From: Callorhinchus milii
Taxonomy: Eukaryota
Assembly: GCF_018977255.1 (NCBI RefSeq)
Contig: NW_024704743.1
Location: 91,886,001-91,950,000 of the forward strand
Length of the DNA stretch: 64,000 nucleotides
Reading direction: 5' to 3'
Of this stretch, positions 12,455 to 25,270 are shown piece by piece. Within the stretch, counting starts at the first letter, position 1, and each line of letters opens with the position of its first letter. The translations under genes and the position numbers were made by a program. The notes beneath the pieces are model-generated. The model saw only the letters and a list, made by a program, of their open reading frames with translations. It ran no database searches and was not told where the DNA came from.

Positions 12455-13133
12455 TATAATATTAATATTCCTTGCATTTGATATAGCGCCTTATCACGAT
12501 GTTGAGACGTTTCAAAGAGCTTCACAGAATATACTAAATAGCGTATGACTGCATATTTTGTGGGTGAAACGCGGCAGACAATTGGGCACAGCAGTGGTTC
12601 ACAAACAGTCGTGGATTGAATGATCACATTTTTTTTAAGTATTATTACCCCCCAGAAAAGTGGTCCAACAATCGACCAACAACCAGGTTCCTTCCGACTG
12701 CGAGGTAAACGGAGACGTGTGGAGTAAGGAAACTTGTCTAATAATAATAATAATCCTTGCATTTGATATAGCGCTTTTCACATCAGGAGGACGTCCCTAA
12801 GCGCTTCACAGAACACACTGTAAAGTGAATTGACTATATTTGTGGGCGAACGCGGCAGCCAATTGCGCACAACAATGTCCCACAAACAGTCGTAGATTGA
12901 AAATGACCAATTTAATTATTGTTTTTGGTTTTGGAGGGATTATTATTAGGCGTGTGGAGTAAGGAAACTTGCCCAAGGTTTCGCCCTGCCTGGAATTGAA
13001 CTCAGGTCTCTCGCTTGCAAAGCGAGTGCTCTAACTGCTGAGCTACAGGACTCCAAGGACTCCACCTGGGAAACAAACCTGGCTCTTCTCACTTGTGAGG
13101 CGAGTGCTCTAACCAATACCCCACGGGATACCA
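12455..13133 (-). mobile_element. Older tRNA-Val-like SINE, split by a young SINE
   Basis: Tail and body at 12455-12740; head at 13056-13133 (CTCGCCTCACAAG). Confidence 0.8.
12741..13055 (-). mobile_element. Young tRNA SINE, full length
   Basis: Near-identical to 22601-22920, 41785-42105 and 58229-58561. Confidence 0.95.
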
Positions 13134-14329
13134 TAACCCACTCTCAGTGTCATCTAAGTACTAATGTTTGATTTACCATTGCTTCTTGCCCCCTCCTTAT
13201 GCTGTGATGCACCATTGATCTTGACTCTTCACCTAGTGATTCTCAACGATAAAAAATATATTTTCCAGGGTTTCACTGTTCTGGTTTAATTCATTCTGTT
13301 TTGCTCTGTGTTCTGGAAGATTATGGCCAAGCTCGACAGGTTACTCTACATGCTTTCTCACAGCTTCTTGACAGCCTTAGGTATATGGCAGAGAGTTATT
13401 TGATTTATTTTAATTGTGACTTTCCTTCTCTAAGGTTGCTCTGTGTGTACCTTCATCAGATGCTAATAAACCTGTGCAGAGCTGGGGCAATCAATAGAAT
13501 CTCTGCTTCTCTGAGCAATAATTCATAAGGACTTGCAAAGGACATTTGCTTCATTGCTCCTTGATCTCAGAAATTAGCTCTCACGTTTTGTTTTAAGGTG
13601 AAGCCGTTTTGTATGTCAAATCTATAATAATAATTATCCTTGTATTTGATATAATGCTTTTCATGTCTTCTCGACGTCTCAAAGCGCTTCACAGAATATT
13701 CTATAAAGTAAATTGACTGTATATTTGTGGGCAAAACGCGCCAATTAGCAAATTGCAATCACGGGCAGACAGATTAACATCATAAAGGATTTAATTCAGT
13801 TACATCTTGTGCAAATCAGATCTCTCGATCTTCATTGTTAGTGTAACCCATTTATTTGCACATCCCTTTTAGTGATAGATCAGACTAAAATTTGGTTCTT
13901 CATTAACAATAACAGTACAAAAAGCAAAGTGTTGGCTGAATGTAACATAATGGCAATAAATGTGCACACTTAAGTTTCATTTAACATAATAAAATTGTCA
14001 GGCAAGAACATCTCTAATGCTTGTCTAACTGAGAATATTTGGAGAATTTCTTCCATTTGCAGTAAAATATAACTATAGCAACCTATTGACATCTGCTCCT
14101 TCCTTTTCACACAAATCACATGGAGATAACATTTTTCGAAAATAGACTGTGAGAAACTAATAGAATTTACATGACTTTTTCAAGCGTAATATTACAACTG
14201 ACAGTTAACAATCTTTGAATTATATTATTACTCTTAGTAAATTAGGCAATATTCTTCACTATGGGGAATAGTTCTAATATTTCAATATGTTTTTGTGAGA
14301 TTCTTCTCTCAGCTGGCACAAGTCTATGT

Positions 14330-14566
14330 CCCCCACCGCCCCCCCTCCCCCTCCACAATCCCTCTTTCATTAACCTCTGAGATTCCCTGCCTCAATCTCT
14401 CCATCTTGCCCCCTCTTTATCTAACTTTAAATTCCACCAAAAAACCTATCTCTTCGACAGTGCCTATGGCATGTTCCTCTCCACTTCTCTCCTGATCAGG
14501 GTTCAATCTTAATACACTATTCTGTGTAAAAGGCACTATATAAATGCAAGTTGTTGTTGTTGTTGA
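14330..14566 (+). mobile_element. Short L2 3' fragment
   Basis: AAGGCACTATATAAATGCAAG(TTG)n tail. Confidence 0.75.
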
Positions 14567-15779
14567 CTGTCCCACCAATTTCTCTTTTTTTCTTGGATCG
14601 AAGAACCCTTTTGGAAAACTTTGAAGCTACAGCCTTCTTCAAACTTATGAATATCTGTCTTGTCACTCAACACTTATTACCATGCTATCAATGCAGTAGC
14701 AAAATGTCTATGGTAGTTTCTATCTCCATGGATTGAGATAAAATGTAATGGGATCATTTACAGTGGACTGAAATTCTACTTAGACTTAAACTATAAAGCC
14801 ATTTTGGTTTAAAATTTTAAGATTACACAGATTTATGGGACATTCTTAAATTCATTCTTAATTTGGAAGTCAGTTTTCCGCAGCTCTTAATAGGAATTGG
14901 CTTCAATTTAAGACAGAATATTTTTGGTAACTTCTTTCAGCTCCTAACACCTATATTTCTTGACCTCCTTCATGTCTGCTTACAGTCATATCTTGTCTAC
15001 AGAGAAACAAAGCCAACGCATGTCCCATTAGGATACTAGCGGGCTGCTATTATTTACTCTATGAATGGCCAGATTCTCCCTCATAGCTTCAGTTTACAAG
15101 ATGCCATATGCAAAGCACACCAGGAGAGGAAAAACCTTCAGCCAACTTTTAGCATTTTAACTAACTAAAACATTTGTTATTGCTGTCTAGCATACCTCTC
15201 TTGGGAAAGCTCATTATTAATTATAACAGACAATTTATAACTCTTGGATGCACTTCACAGAAAAAAACACTGGAATTGAATATTAACATGTGATTGGACA
15301 GATGCAAGGTATTTGACCAGCATAATTTGAATTATATTTAATTGGAAAAAACATTTGATTTTCTTTTTTGTAATGGTTTCCTTCCGAATTACTCACCAAA
15401 AGATCATACATTTGATTTGGGTTTCAATGGGAGCATTTACAGTGGACTGTGATGTATTTATGTTTTCAAAAAAACATAAACACATTACGTGCCTATCCCA
15501 GTTGGAACACTCAATAGAAAAATGGTCATTTGTGCATTTTAAGCTTCTTTTGCAACATAAACAAGTATAGATATAACATTTATGTTCATTTAATTTTGCA
15601 GCAGGCGCCAGGCTGCCAGCGGTATATGTGCATAAATTCTTTCCAAAGTCTTCAATGATATCTATAAGAATTCAGACTTTGAGTGTCAGTTTGGCTCATT
15701 TGGTAGCTGCTGGGTCAAGACTTCAGGATTTAAGATCAATATTTATAGTCCAATAAGATGCTGGGAGAATACAATTGAT

Positions 15780-16045
15780 ATAGCAACCTTTCATATCATA
15801 ATAACTTCTCAAGGCATTTCTCCAGACTTTCTATAAAATGAAGTGATTGTGTATTTGTATGTGAACACAGCAGCCAATTTGCACACAACAGTGACCCACA
15901 AACAGCCATGAAGTGAGCGACCAATTTTATTTGGGGGATTGTTGGCCAGAACACTGAGTGAAGTTTCTGTTTTTGAACAGTGCCATGGGATCTGTATTGT
16001 CCACCTGGACAGCCAGATGGGATCTCAGTTTAATGTCTCATCCAT
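15780..16045 (-). mobile_element. Old Deu-domain SINE fragment
   Basis: Reverse complement of the Deu core and tail. Confidence 0.7.
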
Positions 16046-16433
16046 ACTGTACAGTTGATGAGGATAGTATTCGTCTGTGCCAGAATCGAATATCGGGGAG
16101 ACGTGGCCAGATTTTCAGCACTCTATAAGCATGTGACTGAAGTAGTGCATGAGAGTGCTAAAACTTATTCTGGATCAACATATGTGCCAAAAATAAAAGA
16201 GCTACTGCAGCCTCACTTGAATTTTCTGCTACCAGTCCAAAACACCACACAGAAGACTCCAAAAAAANCACTTGAGCCATGCTGATTTCAGCTGTGTGGA
16301 CCTGGCAAAAGCACCTCTGGCTTAACAGTTTTGTCTCCAGTGTCTTACCACCTGAATCGCCTGTACATAACACTGTTGTGAACATGGTTCTGGATTCAAA
16401 ACATCTAATTTCTTTACTTAGCTTCCTACTCCT

Positions 16434-16840
16434 GGAGTCTTGTAGGGTAGTGGTTAGAGAACTCGCCTCACAAGCGAGAGGACCCAGGCTCGATTGCCAG
16501 TCAGGGTGAAACCTTAAGCAGGTTTCCTTAGTCCACACGCCTCTGTTAACCTAGCAGTAAGTAGGAACTCTGTTGTTAGTCGATTGGCAGATTGCTTTTC
16601 CGAGGGTAATAATTCCTTAAAAAATAATAATAATTTCTAATAATAATAATAATTTGGTCACTCAATGCCTGACTATTTGTGGGACACTGCTGTGTGCAAC
16701 TGGCTTCCATATTTTGCCCACAAAATATACAATCAATATGCTTTACTGTATATTCCGTGAAGTGCTTTGAAAACAGCTCAACGATGTGATAAGGCATTAT
16801 ATCAAATGCACGTATTATTATTATTATTATTTATTACTAT
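16434..16840 (+). mobile_element. Older long-form tRNA-Val-like SINE
   Basis: Head GTAGGGTAGTGGTTAG...CTCGCCTCACAAGCGAG, an extra internal block of about 64 nt, and a (TTA)n tail. Confidence 0.85.
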
Positions 16841-16849
16841 TACTCCACA

Positions 16850-17820
16850 TTTGGTCCCTGACTAGGACTGTTTTCATCCATTATGTTTCACTGACTACCT
16901 CCAATCGTATGGCACACCTCATGCCATACCTTTGTCACCTCCTTCCTTGATTTCTCAAACACACCTCTCGTTAGTCTTCCCACTTGCACCATTCATAAGG
17001 TCCACTTCATCAAAATCTCTGCCAGCTGCATCCTCATCTGCACCAAACTCTGAACTCCCATCACTCATATCCTTTCCGGGCTTCACTGGCTCCCTATCTC
17101 TGAAAGCATTGATTTCAAGTTCCTCAACCCAACATACACTCGTGCTTTTTTACCTAGCACCTCCCTATCTCTCTGACCTGCTCATATTCCACTCATCAAC
17201 CTGCCCCCTTAGACAGACCTTCTGTATGTCCTGATGTCCCATCAGCTTGTTTGATGGACCTCAAGTCCTGAAAGAGCACAAATTTTCTGCAGCTGCATAT
17301 CAGCAAGAGGGAAGCATACTCTTTGACCAACGTCTTCTTTCCTGTGGGTCTCAATTCCTCAACCTCCCCATGCATAACATGTGTCAGGTTCGATTCCCAG
17401 CTTTTCTTTCTATCCCACATCTGTTCTCTGACAAGAACCGCTTTTTTCCACCGTTGTCACATTGCTCGATCTGTACTTCACAACCAAGGCAGCCGAAACC
17501 CTCAACCATGCCTTTGTCACTTAGCAGCTGGATTATTCTAATGCCCTCCTCACTGGTCTCTCCAGATCCACCATACACAAAATCCAATTAATTCAGAATT
17601 CCATCGCCTGGATACTAACCCACACAAAATTTCATACCCCCATCACACCAGTCCTTGCCAGGCTGCACTGGCTCCGAATTACTGAATGGATCAACTTCAA
17701 GATCCTCTCAATCATTTTTAAATCCCTTTATGTCCTCGCACCTCCCTATCTATCCAATTTGCTTACCCACCACTTCACCACCCGTTGCCTCCGCTCAGCT
17801 GGCTCTGGCCTCCTGTATGT
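16850..17820 (+). mobile_element. Two degraded L2 ORF2 3' fragments
   Basis: HAFVT..LDYSNALL and LHWL...FKIL-type motifs occur twice (about 16850-17220 and 17340-17820). Confidence 0.75.
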
Positions 17821-18664
17821 CTGGAGAAAATATTGTTTACATTTCGGGTGCTTTTGACAAGACCTACTGATAATTACAGAACATAACATTACTCATGCTT
17901 GAGGTTTATTATACAATTCAATACAAATTTACATTTGTACAGTACCTTTCATGTCGGGAGGACGTCCCAAAGCGCTTATGCATGTTATATAAAGCATATG
18001 TAAACGCCGTCTTTATTTTTGTGTTTAGTAGGTGGAATCCCAACAGGAAACAGCTGGAGTCAATTTTGTATTCCTTTCAAGTTACCAATGAACAGCCATT
18101 TGGATGCATATCAACAAATAGTCAGCCGAGCCAACCAATGCTTTATTGAGTGCTTTCAGAGGATTTCAGGAGTTGGCCACTGTTATATGTACGTAGGCTT
18201 TACGGTTAGCTATAACATCTGGCAGAGGCCATTAGTAATTGTAAAGAACAGAGCATGGGTATAGAGTGAAAGTCTATTTTTTTTGCTTTTTAGCTAATCC
18301 TCAAGGCAGCAGTTGACATCTCTGAGCGGAAGCCTGGGTGCATCTGAATAACGCTGATCAAATTATTTTCTTGGTACTTGACAGATGGGTAAAAATCAAA
18401 TAATCAGCAGATCGTGAATGATAAAATGAAGCCAAGTGAACCATCCTGTCCTTCAGGAAATCTTCTATCCAAGTGATTTCAAAGTTACTTGATTCCAAAT
18501 TTGCCTGCAGTCCTTAGGGTATCGTCATCATTATGTCTTTTGATCCCACCAGAAACTTAATTTACCACTCGGTTTATTAAATATGAAGCACAGGATGGTC
18601 AATTCAGTAAATCTACCTTAGTATCGGACTGAGACACAAAGGTCACAGCTTTGACCATTAATTT

Positions 18665-18915
18665 GATTATTAGAAGAAACAAGAGAGAGGTTAGAAGGAA
18701 TTTCTTCACTCAGAGGGTTGTTAGGGTGCGGAATTAATTACCACAAATGCTCGTTGGGGCAGGATCAGTGCAATCATTTAAAATAGAAATGGATACACAC
18801 CTGAGCAATACAAATATTAAGGAAAATGGGAAAGAGCCGAATAGTGCGATGAATTTTTTTTAGATAAAGTAGCAGTCTTAGACATTGAGCCAAATGGCTT
18901 CCTTCTGTGCTGAAA
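18665..18915 (+). mobile_element. CR1 3' fragment
   Basis: TTCTTCACTCAGAGGGTTGTT (FFTQRVV) and the GCCAAATGGCTTCCTTCTGTGCTG 3' motif. Confidence 0.75.
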
Positions 18916-19054
18916 ATATTTTGGGGATTCCAGAGTATGTGTGGTGATACTTTTTTTATTATAAATCTTTGAACATTAGCTCCCAGTATGTCTTTTTTGA
19001 GAACAAATTGGAAAAACGTTGGAATTCTTAATTTTCCATGTCCTCCCAAAGATA

Positions 19055-19635
19055 CTGGAAGTGTTAGAATATAAAAGCACAAAAGTAATGCTAAACGTAT
19101 ACAAAATATTAGTTAGACCTCAGTTAGAATATTGCATCCAGTGTTGGTCACCTCACTTTAGGAAAGACATGAAGGCGATAGAGAGAGTACAGAGGAGAAC
19201 TGGGATGAAACCAGGGATACATGGTTTGGCCTATGAACAGAGACAGGAGGAACTGGTATGTTTTCCATTGGAACAAAGAAGATTGAGGGATGACCTGATA
19301 TAGGGCTTTAAATTTCTGAGGGGTTTTGATAAAGTCAATAGGGAGAAATTATTTCCACTGGTCGGTGAGTCAGTGACTAGAGGGCATTAATTTAAGATAG
19401 TTAGCAGAAGGGTAAATGGGGAGTTAGATTTTTTTTCTGCAGAGTAGTTAGGATTTGGAATTCATCCTGGGAGAGGTGGTTGAGGCAGAATCCATATTAG
19501 CTTTCAAAAGGGGACTAGATGAATACATGAAAAGGAATAAGCTATAAGGGTTCAGGAACTAGCAGATAAATGTAACTGCTCTTAGAAGAGACAGCACAGA
19601 CATTACTGTGCTGTAAATTTCTATGGTTCTATGTA
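19055..19635 (+). mobile_element. CR1 LINE 3' fragment
   Basis: YKILVRPQLEYCIQCWSPHFRKD...ERVQRR...LEQRRLRDDLI; TTCTATG tail. Confidence 0.9.
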
Positions 19636-21779
19636 ACTCCACTGTTCATAAATTCTTTGTTTTGCTTCTTTGGATCAGATCTAAAAACATCCATTCTTGT
19701 TGTCTAAGCAAAGTTTGAAGTATTGAAGTACTGCTTCAAGACACTATCCTGCGTGAATGGTATCATGCATTTCCTTGTATCCTGCATATAAGTGTAAGTT
19801 GTATTGCAGGGTTTTCCCTGAGGCCAACAGAGAATTCTTTATAACTTACAGAAGTTAAATATTTTATACTTCTACTTTTTTATTTGCAACATCTTCAGTA
19901 CTTTTTGGAACATTTCTGATATTTTTCATTAAAAACTTGCAAACAATATGTATTAATAGCCTAAAGGAGAAATGTTATTACTTATGTGAAATCCAGGCCC
20001 CATGAAGTGACTCATGTTATAATACAAACATTCAGGTAATGGAAAGAAATAATTGACAAAATTCTAATTTCGGCACTTGATATCTAGGAGATATACAGGT
20101 TGACATTATTTTAAAAAAGTAACCTTCACATCTTTCCTATTATTTTATTTGATGTGCTGTTTCCTTTCTTGTGCGTCCTGCCAGTCATCATGTCAGAAGA
20201 GAGCACTTACCCTGCAACCTATAACTCTGCTTCTCTGATCAGAACATCACTGATTGGCAGTGCAAAGCCATAGGGACAACTTTATGTTGATATTTGATGT
20301 TTCAGACCTGTTTGGGATAAATATTTAAAGAAAGAGAGAAAATGTGAGCTTTCTTTCCGTCAAAATGTGAGCCAGGCATTGTTGACACGCATATAGTATT
20401 GGTGTGTGTGTTTATGTGGGTATGGAGATGGTGGGGAGCAGACACATCACTCGATGGTTCAACAAAATTCAAATTAATGCCAGAGTTTAACATATATTAT
20501 TGCTTCAGGAGACAAACTCATGACTCAGTTGTATCTAAGTCACTACATTGAAAGGATGCCTGTATTAGAGCACTGTGAACTGACAGTCTAGCATTATGCT
20601 GCCATCACCACACTTCGTTATAATAGAACTATGTTTAAGCATTGCAAAGCTCTAGACATGTACCTCGTAATACATCTGCAAAGCTCCTCTAAACTAGTGT
20701 TTGATTGTTGGTTAGATTTTGGTGTGTTGGTGGGAAAATTTACTAACATTTAGGATGCATATTTCTGCTGCTCTGCTAAAATTACCAACATTTAGTAATT
20801 TGGTGTGTAGCAGTGATTGGTATTTTTACCCCTCCGAATCTTGGGGTGATACACTTTTTAAATGATAAATTCAAACATGAAATTGCGGTATTTGAAAACT
20901 GTGCACAAAAAATGCTTCAAACTCGTGCAAACTCTGGAGTAGAGCATTTGAACATAGTTTGTTGATGTTTCCATTTGGTGGGGCACTTTCTGCATTCATT
21001 ACATTTATTTCCCTGTACTGAAGAAGATAATCTGCTTCTCCAGCCTCTGTGTGATGCCATTCCAGCTCACTTACAAAATTGGAAGACTGTGTCTTGTTTT
21101 GATAAAATGCTTGACCTGGCCTTTGTTTTACCAAAGCATAAAAATATCCATTGGGTTCTTCATAAGATTCTGATTCATTTCACATCTCTTTGCAGATAAT
21201 TTCATGTTTGTAACTTTGGTTAGTAATACAATACCAAGATATTGTTACATATCGATGTGTTTGCCATCTAACAGATTAAATAATTACACCCACATTCAGT
21301 TTTTCATCAATAAATATATTACTGAGAAATGACATTAGAATTGCAATATACTGCTTGTAGTTACAACTATTACTTTCATATACAATTTTCTCATTGCTTC
21401 CACACGGCATCCAGCACATGTATTGATCCGTTGATGGAAATGAGAAACAAGAAACTGAAACATTAGCAATATAATTAGTTCAAGACTGCCAGGAAGGGGA
21501 GAGAATAAAAATAATTATTGTCATTTTAATTTGTGTTATTTACCATGAAGAAAACTGTCAGTCTCATTACTTGATTTTTAACCAGCAAGTGAGTTTGTTG
21601 AATTAATTAATTGATGTGAATATGCAACTACAAGCAGATATGTTTCCTCAAACTGCAAATTCCCTTGTGAGACAATTCTAATTGTCTGTGCTGAAGGTAC
21701 TCCATAAGGATTTGACAAGACCACTATTAGATTAAGATCACGATTAGACTAAGATCCTGGTTAGACTAAAGCCATGAGG

Positions 21780-22380
21780 CTAGAGACCTGCTAAACATGT
21801 TCAAGTTTATGAAAAGATTTGATAGGATTGACTTTGATGGGCTGTTTCTTCTTATTAGTGAGTCCATAAATAGTGGCCATGAATATGATAACTAGTGGTA
21901 GATTTAATAGGGTGTTTACAGGAACAACTTCACACAACGATAAGAAATTGCATTTATATAGCGCCTTTCATGTTGTGAGGACATCTGAAGGCGCTGAGCA
22001 GTCAAGAGTTTGCACCTGAGCTGGGGCTTGGAATCAAGTTCTTGAATCAAGACTTCAAGGAGACAAAGGAGGGGGTGAGGCAAAGAAACTCTGGGAGGGA
22101 ATTCCAGATAGTGGGGGCAGAAAGATTGAAGGCACGACTGCCAATGATGTGGTGGGCAATGCAGGGGATCTGGAGCAAGTCAGCGCCCACCGAGTGGAGG
22201 GAGCGAGCAGATAGGTAAAGTTTTAGCTGGCCGAGGTAGGGAGTGGCAAGACCATGGAAGATATTAAGAGTGAAGCCGGGTCAGGAGAAAGGTGATCGGC
22301 TCACAGAGCTTGGTGTGTCTAAGTCGTGAGCATGTGGAACTCACTGCTGGAAGATGTGATTAAAGCAAATCATATTAATG
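21780..22380. mobile_element. CR1 fragment (+) interrupted by an L2 fragment (-, about 21938-22280)
   Basis: The CR1 3' coding remnant resumes at about 22305 (CACAGAG...TGTGGAACTCACTGC). Confidence 0.6.
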
Positions 22381-22394
22381 TATTAACAATACGA

Positions 22395-23700
22395 TACAAA
22401 ATTACATTTGTATAGTGCCTTTCACATCAGGAGGACTTCCCAATGCCTGGACAGTCCAGCTGGGCTGCCACTGTCTGCCCCCCCCCCGCCACTTCCACCC
22501 CCTCCCTACCCTCGCTCACACTCTGACAATTACTCATCCCTCCTTCCACACCTTTGAACCTGTCAACCCCTCCTCTGTATTCACCAGCATATCTTCTACT
22601 GTGGAGTCCTGTAGCTCAGTGGTTAGAGCACTCGCTTTGCAAGCGAGAGACCTGAGTTCAATTCCAGGCAGGGAGAAACCTTGGGCAAGTTTCCTTACTC
22701 CACACGCCTAATAATAATCCCTCCAAAACCAAAAACAATAATAAATTGGTCATTTTCAATCTACGACTGTTTGTGGGATATTGCTGTGCGCAATTGGCTG
22801 CCGCGTTCGCCCACAAATATACAGTCAATTCACTTTACAGTCTATTCTGTGAAGCACTTTGGGACGTCCTCCCGACGTGAAAAGCGCTATATCAAATGCA
22901 AGGATTATTATTATTATTATTCTTATTCCATGAAGCCCACCACCTGCTCCCTGGACCCCACCTCCACCCCTCTCCTTAAATCCCAGCTCCACCTCCTTGC
23001 CCCAGTAGTCGCTGACATCATCCACCTATCCCTGTCATCTGGCACTGTTCCTTCCCCCCTCAAAACAGCTACTATCACCCCCACCTTGAAGAAATTTTCC
23101 CTTGACCCATCACAGCTATCCAGCTATAGGCCCATATCTAACCTCCCTTTCTTATCCAAGGTCCTTGAGAGAGCCAACACCTGACTGTTCAGCACTTTGG
23201 GACGTCCTGCCGATGTGAAAGGCGCTCTATTAATGCAATTTTGTTGTTGTTGTTGTGGCCAAAGGTTCGGTTGAAGAGGATGGTTTTGAGACGTGCCGTG
23301 AAGGAGGTAAGGGAGGGAGCTAGGCAAAGGGAATGTGGGATGGAGGTCCATAGGGTGGGGGCAGAAAGGCTGAATGCCCAGCCGCCGATGGTGGAGCGGG
23401 CCGAGTAGGGGACACGTAGCAGGCCAGAGCCTGCTGAGTGGAGGGAGCGGTCAGGTTGATATGGGGTCAGCAGGTTGCAAAAGTGGGGAGGGGCAAGGCC
23501 GTGAAGAGCCTTGAAGGTGAGGACAAGGATTTTGAACTCTATCCTGTGGGGGAGCCAGGCGAGGGTGGCAGTAATGGCATCACAGAGCCTGGTGTGGGAG
23601 AGAACGTAAGCTGCAGAGTTCTGGATGTTCTGCAGCTTGTAGAGGAAAGAGTTGGGAAGGTCGACAAATAGGGAGTTGGCGTACTTAAGCCTAGATGTGA
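22395..23700. mobile_element. Nest: L2 (-) split by an internally deleted L2 (+, about 22466-23255) carrying a young SINE
   Basis: A (-) tail at about 22395-22465 and (-) body from 23256 flank a (+) fragment SMKPTTCSLDP...YRPISNLPFLSKVLER joined directly to a (TTG)n tail. Confidence 0.75.
22601..22920 (+). mobile_element. Young tRNA SINE, full length
   Basis: GTGGAGTCCTGTAGCTCAGTGG head with A/B boxes through to a (TTA)n tail. Confidence 0.95.
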
Positions 23701-23854
23701 TGAATGTGTGGATGAGGGAAAACTTGATGCATACACGAGTGAGAAGGAAAAAGAGTGGTAGTATAAATGAGGGGAATAGGAAAGTTGAGGGCTCATGTGC
23801 AAGACCTAGTTGAGAAAATGGTAGTGTTGCAGCAGGTCAAAGAGGAAGTATGAG

Positions 23855-24175
23855 GCATGGCATTTGTGGTTAGAGCACTCGCCTCACAAGCCGGATACCT
23901 CGGTTTGATTCCCAGGTGGGCAAAATGTTGTGCAAGTAGGAACCCAGTTGTTAGTTGATTGGACGATTGGTTTTCCAGGGGTAATAATTCCTTCAACAAA
24001 AAAAATTGGTCACTTGAATCCCAAACTGTTTGTGGGACACTGCTGTGCACAATTGGCTGTCGCATTTCGTTCACAAAATAGTCAATTTACTTTACAGTAT
24101 ATTCTGTGAAGCACTTTGAGACGTCTCAAAGATGTGCTAAGGGGCTATACCAAATGCAAGAATTATTATTATTAT
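23855..24175 (+). mobile_element. Older tRNA-Val-like SINE
   Basis: Same head, body and tail as 16434-16840. Confidence 0.8.
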
Positions 24176-25109
24176 ATATACACTATACTTTTGGCAAACC
24201 ACTTTTCACGTCAGAAGGACGTCCCAAAACACTTCACAGGATACACTGTAAAGTGTAGCGACTGTACGTTTTGTGGACGAATGTGGCAGTACACAGGAAA
24301 GTCCTACATATAGCCATGAATTGTATGATGCAAATATGCCTTGAGCTATTTGTTATTGTGAACCTTGGAATTCAGATATATCGTGTGCTGAACCTGTAGA
24401 TTTAACATATACCGGAAGTGCAATACAGTTTCAGCTTCTGGTGCTGAATGCCTAGCTTCCTGTGCTGACTGCCTGGCTTCCTACTCATGTGCAGGGCACA
24501 GGAAGTAATGTCAGTCATGATCCGATGAACTAAAAGTGCTGTCCAGCAGCCATTTGTCTAGTATACTCAGTTGTAACATGGGCTCTAAGTTTATGGACCT
24601 ATACTCAGAGCCCATCACATTATAACTGGGTCAGCCGATACATGGTAATATGTTAAGTGATACAGTCACCAATGGCAAGCAGCAAATTATGTTTTTCTCA
24701 AGTGAAGTGCTTTTAGATATCTAGAAAATGTGATAAGGTGCTTTATGAAATGCAAGGATTATTATTATTAATGTACAGAAATGGAAAAGTTCATTGCAGG
24801 CCATCTGGTCAAATTACAAAACAAATCCTCCACTAGAATATCTATTGCACTGCTCAATACACTTCAATTTCTAACAGCAGAAACAAGTATTTATATATAT
24901 GAGTTAACAGACATCAAATGAAATTTTCTACGAAATCTTGTAAATTACATGGATTATAAATCCCTTTTGGATTTGGTAAGTGTAAGGTTACGATCAGAGA
25001 ATGAGTCAAGAACATTGAGTGCTGCACCACTTACTGTGAAGGGTCTCCTGCACAGTCTGGCTATTTTTCCAGTGAGGACCACTCTTCCAGTTAGGTGTTT
25101 GATTTGGAG

Positions 25110-25270
25110 AGTTAACAGTGGGAATAATCCCTGCTCCCAGATTCTGATCTGTCCCACCTAGTCTTACTAATGAGCCATGCTGTCTGATCTGTTATCAGAA
25201 GTGCCGTGGAGTATTAGTGGGTCCGCAGTACCTCGGGGACTGCTGATGACAGACCAACCAGCCTGGTTCA
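25110..25270 (-). repeat. Family X upstream segment
   Basis: Similar to 30778-30850, and (reverse complement) to 30205-30250 and 4445-4490. Confidence 0.5.

Noticed and set aside
16268..16268. Single N base
   Set aside because: Sequencing or assembly ambiguity after an A-run, not a biological feature.
18032..18188. Possible coding exon (GIPTGNSWSQ...)
   Set aside because: Weak donor site, unrecognisable peptide and no supporting neighbouring exons.
22601..22680. tRNA-Ala(TGC)-like cloverleaf
   Set aside because: No proper acceptor stem or Pol III terminator, and it runs into the SINE body in every copy. It is a SINE head, not a tRNA gene.
24566..24630. Imperfect hairpin (ATGGGCTCT/AGAGCCCAT)
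   Set aside because: Only a 9-bp perfect stem with bulges; most likely a decayed palindromic repeat.
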